Of a stretch of DNA of 64,000 bases, positions 20,301 through 30,514 are shown piece after piece (the stretch's first letter is position 1; each line of letters opens with the position of its first letter). Under the pieces are notes generated by a model. It saw only the letters and a program-made list of their open reading frames with translations, was not told the origin of the DNA and did not search any database. Source of the DNA: Coleofasciculus sp. B1-GNL1-01 (lineage in GTDB: Bacteria > Cyanobacteriota > Cyanobacteriia > Cyanobacteriales > Coleofasciculaceae). The position numbers and the translations under genes were made by a program. Location: NCBI GenBank assembly GCA_040220235.1, contig JAVJTO010000013.1; one strand, given 5' to 3'.

Positions 20301-20396
20301 TGGAATAACGCCAGATGTTGGAATGCCATTCCGATAGAAGCCTGTTGCTTCCATAACTTGCAAATATGAAGTTGTGACCGCAGTTTGGGAAGACAT
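17346..20396 (-). CDS. Large (1016 aa) gamma-class N6-adenine DNA methyltransferase (Eco57I/type IIG-like methylase module)
   Basis: Motif X-like STHYTPINLV, motif I VLDLACGSGVFLVDA and motif IV IVGNPPW appear in the gamma order. About 330 aa N-terminal and ~450 aa C-terminal carry no motif I can place. Confidence 0.85.
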   Translation of the reverse strand: MSSQTAVTTSYLQVMEATGFYRNGIPTSGVIPAASLRSNPQQLDKRIKYSAVINPEQLNATAIFELCGSPCIYFTQLRESDPEPQELARLHQLSWNHGLAPMLWVVTPTKVLLYNCYSQPTENDRNNPERHLIEIFQQTETGLKQLNQYASRIQIESGEFWQWEKAKQIDRKQRVDAVLVKDLTDTEEILVEDKRLNRSVAQSLLIQSIFVAYLQDREILDSQLLQRQFGFNSFTEILENKSATEHLFSWIQRTFNGDLFSLSSEEINRVQLKHLEVLKNFIGGLQELKTGQLRLWRAYNFKVIPVELISAIYEKFIYAEDTKSAKEHSTHYTPINLVDIVLSEVFKELDGNAKVLDLACGSGVFLVDALRRLVVKRLASGEQNYRQLVRDTLYHQIYGVDIKQKAIQIAAFSLYLTALELDYELERNPGISEDLQFEKIIGKNLFIGDAFDEGAEFNRIEPFAHKQFSAIVGNPPWTKSGATKSASAYCNRKRPEMGYPEGYPTAYGTPPDQAFLWRIGDFANTRTQIGLILHGQRFFSNHPDAQEAKKKILTRYKPKVIINLLKLYRDNLFPKSEAPAIVLIAELNKTKHNNSFYFVCPERSVDFRRHGIIEMGSENIKKLSAYDVAHDADMFKIATWGSARDLSLIQRLRTSYEKIEQIAGSPPKAGLKVGNKRKKSPSYLYGKKILASSLMQRYKINPNDLEEFAYSKLESPRNSNIYRSPLIVVSEKIESSNVIAAFSSEDIVYTMSYSGIPVNSEFTAHYLNAVLNSSVTSYFIFMTASSWGVERKKIMTQDLSRLPIPKITSKNSTLVNQIIDIEGKLCKLHGSSSEVNLKLTLDQLVFQLYELDETERILVEDTNKITIDFYMNREQSLALIRTQYDELTRYATQLIGVIQPFLQTLNERQIVAEVIDVGKAPLQVVKFSIVPVSNQPPIVQTISGHKLEAVLKRIAEQLPQQIADRIYTRRNLRIYVGKDIYIVKPAKRIYWTRSAGLNDADTILSEYLRTSHAPIG

Positions 20397-21005
20397 ACCG
20401 CTAACTCCATGGGATATCTAATTCGTCACTAACTTGTCAACTGGATTTATAGCTCCTAGACGAGTCCGCTTGTCAAAGTCTAAAACTTGATTCTTTTCAG
20501 CTTCCCGGTATAGCTCAGTAATTACATCACCAACTGGACCAACTTCCCGAATAACAACCCGTCAAGGCTATGGTTTCCGGTCGGTTAAATCCGCTAACCA
20601 CAAAGAACTCCTGGATATCACAGTTAGGACAAGAATAACTCGATTGTTTTAATTTTAAACCGAAATTAAAACATTTATTTAAAATTTTTCACTAATGTAT
20701 AGGTATAACCCTCCTCAGTCCACCTCTACATCCCCGTGACAAACGTTTCTTTCACACATAGCGATCGCGTCTCCACAACCCAAACTCTTCATAAATCCAC
20801 CAGCCATACCAGCGCCAGAATCATCCTCACCTGTACCATAAAGTTGAGAGTATTACCCAACAGCCAGAGAATCGCGATCGCAGGATTCAAGGTTAGCCGT
20901 TTCACCGAACAGGTAGATCCCCTTAGACTGTATAGAATAGTACGATTTCTGAGATCTGACGACCAGCGACTAAACTAAAAAGTAACTACCTTCCTTAGTG
21001 TTCCT

Positions 21006-21788
21006 ATGACGCCTAGCCAGAGTTCAGACGCCACAACTGAAAAAACTGCCCAAATTGAACCCGAAGAGATTATTATTCCACCATGGGATTTGTGGAGTGA
21101 TGAACCGCCCTTGGAAAGCGATCGGCATCGAGATCAAATTGAACTACTTTTGGCTTGCCTGAAATGGTGGTGGCGAGAACGTACTGACTTTTATGCCACT
21201 GGGAACCTTACCATTTATTTTAGTCCTGACCACATCACCACAAGAGACTTTCGCGGACCTGATTTTTTTGTCGTGTTGGGTGTGGAAAACCGACCTCGAA
21301 AAAGTTGGGTTTTGTGGGCAGAACAAGGAAAATATCCCAATGTGATCATTGAACTGCTTTCGGATAGCACAGCGAAGGTGGATCGAGGGGATAAGAAAAC
21401 ACTGTATCAGGATACCTTTCGCACACCCGAATATTTTTGGTTTCACCCTGACACCTTAGAGTTTCAAGGATTCTGCTTAGTTCGAGGTGAATATCAGCCA
21501 CTGGAATCAAATCAGCAAGGCTGGTTATGGAGTCAACAGTTACAATTATTTTTAGGAGTGCATCAATCAACCCTGCGATTTTTCAGTTCAGAGGGACAGT
21601 TAGTATTAACGCCAGCAGAGAGGGCAGAATTAGCCCAACAGCAGGCTGAAGCTGCACAACAGCAGGCTGAAGCTGCACAACAACAGGTTGAGTTAGAACG
21701 ACAACAACGAGAACTGGCACAACAACGGGTTGAGGAATTACTCGCTAAACTCAAGGAGCTAGGGATTGACTCTGATACAGAAAATTAA
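21006..21788 (+). CDS. Uma2-family (DUF820) PD-(D/E)xK endonuclease with a C-terminal coiled coil
   Basis: GPDFFVVLGV...PNVIIELLSDST...KKTLYQDTFRTPEYFWFHP is the characteristic Uma2 core. The tail is AELAQQQAEAAQQQAEAAQQQVELERQQRELAQQRVEELLAKLKELG. Confidence 0.85.
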   Translation: MTPSQSSDATTEKTAQIEPEEIIIPPWDLWSDEPPLESDRHRDQIELLLACLKWWWRERTDFYATGNLTIYFSPDHITTRDFRGPDFFVVLGVENRPRKSWVLWAEQGKYPNVIIELLSDSTAKVDRGDKKTLYQDTFRTPEYFWFHPDTLEFQGFCLVRGEYQPLESNQQGWLWSQQLQLFLGVHQSTLRFFSSEGQLVLTPAERAELAQQQAEAAQQQAEAAQQQVELERQQRELAQQRVEELLAKLKELGIDSDTEN

Positions 21789-21799
21789 GTAGCTAAATA

Positions 21800-22013
21800 G
21801 GGGCTGCTGAATAAGTCTTGTGGTGGGGAGAGGCAATAGGGAATAGGCAATGGGCAATGGTTTTAACCCTCTGTCGAGGGAAAATTCGGCGCTGACGTAG
21901 GCAAAAATTCCAGGATGCAAGAGAGTGGTAGTGTAAAAACCTTGCACTTGTTGGGTCAAAAAATGGCTTGAAACCCCTATCTAGTCTACCTTACACACTT
22001 ATGCAGCAAGCCC
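21800..22013 (+). mobile_element. MITE family A, full copy 1 (~214 bp, imperfect 15-16 bp terminal inverted repeats)
   Basis: Starts GGGGCTGCTGAATAAG and ends CTTATGCAGCAAGCCC. It aligns along its whole length with the reverse complement of 52,095-52,307, by eye ~85% identical. No ORF of its own. Confidence 0.8.
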
Positions 22014-22094
22014 TAAATATAAATTCTGTATTCTGTATGTTATCTTGTCCTAACCTCAATGTGTAGCGCTATACGTTCTGACAATTTTCCAATC

Positions 22095-22118
22095 AAAAAG
22101 GGGTCATCGCGACCCCCC
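22095..22118 (-). terminator. Intrinsic terminator of the apc operon
   Basis: The minus strand reads GGGGTC-GCGAT-GACCCC followed by TTTTT, about 25 nt after the apcC stop codon. Confidence 0.8.
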
Positions 22119-22141
22119 ACCTTTGCCGTAGAAGCTATTTT

Positions 22142-22345
22142 TTAAAGCAATCCAGTATTTGTACCTTGTTTGCCAGTCGCTAGCTTCACATTGATAATTT
22201 TGCCGCCCATTTTCATGATCCGCTGTTGTTCGCGGAACCAGTTGTCGTAGGGAACTAACTTAGTGAAATAGGTGTTTTGCAACTCCCGTTGAGTTCGGGT
22301 TCTAGTTTGGCTGGGGACGCAAGCCGTCACCTGAAACATTCGCAT
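22142..22345 (-). CDS. apcC: Phycobilisome core linker LC7.8 (allophycocyanin-associated)
   Basis: 67 aa, MRMFQVTACVPSQTRTRTQRELQNTYFTKLVPYDNWFREQQRIMKMGGKI, a CpcD-like domain. It sits downstream of apcAB. Confidence 0.95.
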   Translation of the reverse strand: MRMFQVTACVPSQTRTRTQRELQNTYFTKLVPYDNWFREQQRIMKMGGKIINVKLATGKQGTNTGLL

Positions 22346-22547
22346 GATTGAAGTTCTCCTAATTAAAACTCAAAAACTTTATATTGCAATCAGGTTTGGG
22401 ACTCAACTGTCAATACTAGATTGTCAAAACTCATCTGCTTAACTAAAAAGTCAGACGTGCCTTTAACAAGCTAGCACTCACAATTGATTTCCCAAACCTT
22501 GAAAAAATGACCGACTACAGGTTCACAAGGGAACGTTCCAGAATTTT

Positions 22548-23033
22548 CTAGCTCAAACCCGAGCAAATGTAGTCGAAGTAAACACCCATTTCCTTGCCAG
22601 CATCAGCACCAACCAAACTGGCGGTAACTTCTTTCATGGCTTGGATGGCTTGTACGGTTGCACTAATGGGAACACCTAGAGAATTATAGGTTTCCTTGAG
22701 TCCATTCAGTACACGCTCATCCAGGATGGAGGTGTCACCCGCCAACATGGCATAGGTGGAGTAGCGCAGATAGTAGTCCAAGTCGCGGATACAAGCAGCG
22801 TAGCGGCGAGTGGTGTACATGTTGCCACCCGGACGAGTGATATCCGAGTAGAGCAAAGACTTGGCAACAGCTTCTTTAACGATAGTTGCTGCGTTAGCAC
22901 TGATTGTGGTTGCCGCACGCACCCGCAATTCACCCGTGGCGAAATAGCCCTTGAGCTTGTCCATCGCAGAGGCGTCCAGGTATTTTCCTTGAACGTCGGA
23001 AGAGTTAATAACAGAGGTAATTGCGTCTTGCAT
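22548..23033 (-). CDS. apcB: Allophycocyanin beta subunit
   Basis: 161 aa, [20 protein letters not shown]...[22 protein letters not shown], with the chromophore Cys in the CIRD context. Confidence 0.97.
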   Translation of the reverse strand: MQDAITSVINSSDVQGKYLDASAMDKLKGYFATGELRVRAATTISANAATIVKEAVAKSLLYSDITRPGGNMYTTRRYAACIRDLDYYLRYSTYAMLAGDTSILDERVLNGLKETYNSLGVPISATVQAIQAMKEVTASLVGADAGKEMGVYFDYICSGLS

Positions 23034-23138
23034 CGATTCTATTTTCCTTATTTCACCTAGTCTCTCGAATCCTTAAGACAGACGTGCAACGTCCAGGTGT
23101 GGAAGCGTCATGCTACGTCTTTCCCTGTAGGATAGGGT

Positions 23139-23624
23139 CTACTGCATTGCTCCGATTACATAGTCGAAGTAGGAGCCAGCTTCAGCCGCATCTTCCCCAG
23201 TCATCATACCGGTAGCAGCGGTTTTCATGGCACGAACGCCTTCGACAACAGCGTCAACGGGAGTTCCTAAAGACTTGTACATTTCCCGCACGCCGACTAA
23301 GCCAATTTCTTCAATTGGGGTAACATCGCCAGCGACAACACCATAAGTGATTAGGCGCAGATAGTAGTCCAAGTCACGCAGACAAGTTGCTGTCATTTCT
23401 TCACCGTAGGCATTACCACCGGGAGAAACAACATCAGGACGCTTCTGGAATAACTGGTCTCCAGCTTGCTTAACGATGCGCTCACGAGAGTCTGTCAACG
23501 TTTGAGCAACCCGTAGGCGACGATCACCAGAGGTCACAAACGACTTGATCCGGTCTAATTCACCAGGGCTTAGGTAACGAGCCTCGGCATCGGCATTCAC
23601 GATTGATTTCGTGACTATACTCAT
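23139..23624 (-). CDS. apcA: Allophycocyanin alpha subunit
   Basis: 161 aa, [29 protein letters not shown]...[23 protein letters not shown]. Confidence 0.97.
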   Translation of the reverse strand: MSIVTKSIVNADAEARYLSPGELDRIKSFVTSGDRRLRVAQTLTDSRERIVKQAGDQLFQKRPDVVSPGGNAYGEEMTATCLRDLDYYLRLITYGVVAGDVTPIEEIGLVGVREMYKSLGTPVDAVVEGVRAMKTAATGMMTGEDAAEAGSYFDYVIGAMQ

Positions 23625-23920
23625 TTACAGGATTCCTCCTCCAAGAATGTAACCAGGTGTGTGTACTTAAACTGGCTTATTGTAACTGTTGAAACGCTGA
23701 AACGCTTCCCAATGGGCTAGACTTTCTAGCTTAATGGCTGACTCTGCCCGATCTTGAAACGACTTAATCGACTCAAGGTTGGTGAGAGTAGCTAGCGATA
23801 CATTAGGTCAGTGAGACAGCTCTCTTCCGCAAATATTTTGCGATAGATTGTTCACATTTTTCCTATGTTCGCAACATTTTGTAACATTTGTCCTCAGATT
23901 TAGGGGTAGGGAACGCTGAT

Positions 23921-23985
23921 TGTAGAGACGTAGCATCCTACGTCTCTACACCCTATCTTGCTCAGAGACGTGCCATGGCACGCCT
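23921..23985. repeat. Two adjacent palindromic repeats (TGTAGAGACGTAGCATCCTACGTCTCTACA; AGAGACGTGCCATGGCACGCCT)
   Basis: Read directly. They lie in the apcE-apcA spacer, 19-80 nt after the apcE stop. Confidence 0.85.
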
Positions 23986-24003
23986 GGAACATTACCCTAA
24001 TCC

Positions 24004-27315
<3,312 letters not shown>

Positions 27316-27670
27316 TCAAACGCTCCCATCGACAATTGCTACTGACTGTGTTAAGCCTGACCAGGGGATTCATCTCGATCACTTTCGTTTACATTCTTAG
27401 GCTCAGTACATTAAGGTTTTCTCCCAGACCTACTTGTTCAGGGAATGGGATATCCTGTGTTACCTTGCCCTAAATCAACCAGTGACCTCGCTAAACCTGG
27501 TCAGAATCTAGATTAAAACGTTTCTGATCTGCTTAACGGCTTTATTAAGAAGTGTATAGAATACATGCCAAAATTTTACAGTGTCATAACAGAGTCATCA
27601 TAGTGGATTAATCTCACTCACTGAGAAAAAGCATAAGTTTTGTTACATTAGTTCGGGTTCCGAGGGGTGA

Positions 27671-27786
27671 AGGAGCTGGGGGAGCTGGGGAAGCTGGGGA
27701 AGCTGAGGGAGATGGGGAAGCAAAGGACGAATAACAAATGACAAATGACAAATGACAAAGGACAAATGACGAATGACGAATGACAA
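27671..27786. repeat. 9-mer G-rich array (GGAGCTGGG-type) directly followed by a 9-unit STRR heptamer array (ATGACAA/ATGACGA)
   Basis: Read directly. The start codon of the gene at 27773 lies inside a heptamer unit. ORFs 27614..27808 and 27648..27926 are artefacts of the arrays. Confidence 0.9.
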
Positions 27787-28993
27787 TACCAGCACCGCTG
27801 TAGCCCAATTGTATGACGCTTACCCCTTTCCCCCAGAACCCCTGTTGGATGAACCGCCGCCTGGGTATAATTGGCGCTGGAATTGGTTAGCCGCCTATAG
27901 TTTCTGCACGGGTCAAAAACCCTCAAGGCAGGATATTCGGATTTTAGATGCTGGTTGTGGTACTGGGGTAGGTACCGAATATTTGGTTCACCTGAATCCC
28001 CACGCCTCGGTAGTGGGTATCGATTTGAGTGCTGGGGCGTTGCAGGTGGCGCAGGAACGCTGTCATCGTTCTGGGGCGAATCGGGTTGAGTTTCATCACT
28101 TGAGTCTCTATGATGCCCAGGAACTGGACGGAGAGTTTGATTTAATTAACTGTGTGGGCGTATTGCATCATTTGCCTGATCCGATTCGCGGTATTCAGGC
28201 ATTAGCACCCAAGTTAGCACCAGGGGGCTTGATGCATATTTTTGTCTATGCTGAATTGGGGCGCTGGGAAGTGCGGCTAATGCAACAGGCGATCGCACTT
28301 TTGCAAGGGGATCAGCGTGGGGATTACCACGATGGTGTGCAAGTCGGACGCCAGGTGTTTGAGTCTTTACCAGAAAAAAACCGAATTGTCAAGCGAGAAA
28401 AAGAACGCTGGTCATTGGAAAATCAACGGGATGCGAATTTCGCGGATATGTATGTGCATCCTCAAGAGATTGACTACACAATTGATAGTCTATTTGAGTT
28501 AATTGATGCGTCGGGGTTAGAATTTATCGGCTTTTCTAATCCTGGATATTGGCAATTGGATCGGCTATTGGGGAAAAATCCAGGGTTAATGGAACGGGCG
28601 AGTGGGTTGAGCGATCGCCAACGGTATCGTTTAATTGAATTGTTAGATCCAGACCTGTCTCATTATGAGTTTTTCTTGGGGCGTCCACCTTTACCAAAGG
28701 TTGATTGGTCACAGGATCAGGAGTTATTAGCAGCGATTCCAGAACGCAATCCCTGTATGGAAGGGTGGCCCAGTCAATGTCTATTTAACTACGATTATCA
28801 GATTATCAATTTATCAGATGCCGAGTTTGCTTTTCTGCAAGCTTGTGACGAGAACAGTAGTCAACAGCGCACTGTGGCAGAGATTTTAAGGGAGGTAGAA
28901 TTAGGATTAGATGGAGTGCGATCGCTCCAACAACAGCAGCTTATTATCTTAAGTGAGGGAACAGGGAACAGGGAACAGGGAACAGGAAAATGA
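27773..28993 (+). CDS. Class I SAM-dependent methyltransferase with a C-terminal extension
   Basis: Motif I ILDAGCGTGVGTEYL, post-I VVGIDLS, and FDLINCVGVLHHL. The last 11 codons (GTGNREQGTGK) are encoded by a GGGAACA x4 heptamer array at 28,957-28,984. Confidence 0.8.
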   Translation: MTNDNTSTAVAQLYDAYPFPPEPLLDEPPPGYNWRWNWLAAYSFCTGQKPSRQDIRILDAGCGTGVGTEYLVHLNPHASVVGIDLSAGALQVAQERCHRSGANRVEFHHLSLYDAQELDGEFDLINCVGVLHHLPDPIRGIQALAPKLAPGGLMHIFVYAELGRWEVRLMQQAIALLQGDQRGDYHDGVQVGRQVFESLPEKNRIVKREKERWSLENQRDANFADMYVHPQEIDYTIDSLFELIDASGLEFIGFSNPGYWQLDRLLGKNPGLMERASGLSDRQRYRLIELLDPDLSHYEFFLGRPPLPKVDWSQDQELLAAIPERNPCMEGWPSQCLFNYDYQIINLSDAEFAFLQACDENSSQQRTVAEILREVELGLDGVRSLQQQQLIILSEGTGNREQGTGK

Positions 28994-29025
28994 GGGAGAT
29001 AAGGGAGTTAACTCAACACTTAATC

Positions 29026-29090
29026 AGGGCGGGTTTTGTAGAAACGTTATCATCAATAGCGACAAGAAAGTCCCTAAACCCGCCCCTACA
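29026..29090. repeat. GGGCGGGTTT hairpin element
   Basis: AGGGCGGGTTTT ... AAACCCGCCCCTACA inverted arms. Confidence 0.8.
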
Positions 29091-29162
29091 GATTCACGCG
29101 CCATACCCTCGAACAAAGTGAAGGATCAAAATTCAAAATTCAACACTCAAAACTTATTGTAA

Positions 29163-29609
29163 ATGCGCGTTATTATCCAGCGAGTTAAATCCTCTCAAGT
29201 AACCGTTAATGGTGAAGTCGTTGGCAAAATTGGTCAAGGGCTAAATTTACTCGTGGGGATTGCGGATAGCGATACGGAAGCTGAATTAGATTGGATGGCG
29301 CGAAAATGCTTGGATTTGCGGTTATTTCCCGGAACCGATAGCAGTAGCGATCGCTGGGAAAAATCGGTTCAGGAAATTGGCGGCGAATTGTTGGTGGTGA
29401 GTCAGTTTACCTTGTATGGGGATTGTCGCAAAGGGCGTCGCCCGTCGTTTTCGCGATCAGCGAATCCAGACCAAGCCGAACAGCTTTATCAGCAGTTTGT
29501 AGAAAAGTTGCGTCAAAGTGGGTTACGAGTGGAAACCGGGGTATTTGGGGCGATGATGCACGTCTCGATTGAAAATGATGGACCCGTGACATTGCTCTTG
29601 GAGCGGTAA
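29163..29609 (+). CDS. dtd: D-aminoacyl-tRNA deacylase
   Basis: 148 aa, MRVIIQRV..., with the SQFTLYGD and [10 protein letters not shown] signatures. Confidence 0.92.
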   Translation: MRVIIQRVKSSQVTVNGEVVGKIGQGLNLLVGIADSDTEAELDWMARKCLDLRLFPGTDSSSDRWEKSVQEIGGELLVVSQFTLYGDCRKGRRPSFSRSANPDQAEQLYQQFVEKLRQSGLRVETGVFGAMMHVSIENDGPVTLLLER

Positions 29610-29767
29610 ATTGACCAATTGCTTACACCAATGAGGGTAGGCATTTTGTCTAGCGATCGCTCAAACTATTACAGGATAATATTTTCGATTGGATATAACT
29701 ATTTTGTATAGAGGGAACTTCCGAAAATCACCCTCAACCAACAGAGAGATAATTGACACCCAACTAT

Positions 29768-30157
29768 CTACGCCTCCTTTGAGGAATATTGCCTCAACCA
29801 CTGTGCCAACTCATCTTCAGAGAGTTCCCCCGCCGCCAGCGATCGCATCACCAGCACCACCTCTGGCTCCGGTGCATCCAATTCCCAACTATTCACCTTC
29901 AAAAACACATACATCACCTGAAACGCCGTGCGCTTATTGCCATCAATAAACGGATGATTTCTAGCAATTCCATAGCCATAGTCCGCCGCCAGTCGATAAA
30001 TATCTGCCCCTTCATACCCATAGCGATTACGCGCACGGGCAAGGGCGCTCGCCAGCAACCCCTCATCCCGTAACCCATACACCCCACCATGGGTCGCAAC
30101 TTGATCATCATGAATCACCTGCACCATCGCAGCAGTAATCCAAATCGGTTCAGCCAT
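29768..30157 (-). CDS. doc: Doc (death-on-curing) / Fic-family toxin
   Basis: Fic-Doc motif HPFIDGNKRTA. The Met at 30157 (MAEPIWITAAMV) overlaps the antitoxin stop (ATGGCTGA). The ORF track starts 21 nt further upstream. Confidence 0.85.
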   Translation of the reverse strand: MAEPIWITAAMVQVIHDDQVATHGGVYGLRDEGLLASALARARNRYGYEGADIYRLAADYGYGIARNHPFIDGNKRTAFQVMYVFLKVNSWELDAPEPEVVLVMRSLAAGELSEDELAQWLRQYSSKEA

Positions 30158-30374
30158 CTGCCAACTCTCGCATGGCATTACGATACTGCGACGCCCCCTG
30201 CTTGTAAGCCGCCATCACCTGCTCAAACTCAGGATCATAAGCCATCAACTTAATCCCATCCTCCATCACCACCAGAGTCAGCGTATCCCCTTCCCTCAAA
30301 TTAAATTTGTCCAAGATTTCTTTAGGAAACGTGGTGCCAATGGAGTTGCCCACTTTCCGTAGTTTTATCTCCAT
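30150..30374 (-). CDS. AbrB/MazE/SpoVT-family antitoxin (Phd-equivalent partner of Doc)
   Basis: 74 aa. MEIKLRKVGNSIGTTFPKEILDKFNLREGD is the swapped-hairpin AbrB/MazE motif. It sits immediately upstream of doc and overlaps it. Confidence 0.8.
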   Translation of the reverse strand: MEIKLRKVGNSIGTTFPKEILDKFNLREGDTLTLVVMEDGIKLMAYDPEFEQVMAAYKQGASQYRNAMRELADG

Positions 30375-30514
30375 GATTTAATTCTCCGCTGACGTTATTA
30401 CTATTGTAATCACGCCAATTACCAGACAAGCCAGCCAAAAACGAATCGAGTCCAGTGCGATCGCTCCAACAGCAGCAGCTTGCTACCCCCGTTATAACCT
30501 AGTCCGTGCAGGCA

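Noticed and set aside
21759-21959. ORFs 21759..21959 and 52106..52333, which share SLDRGLKPLPIAYSLLPLPTTRLIQQPL, considered as a possible MITE-encoded peptide
   Set aside because: The starts and ends are not conserved between the two copies. The shared part lies in the heptamer-like GGCAATR tract of MITE-A. There is no RBS or coding-like composition.
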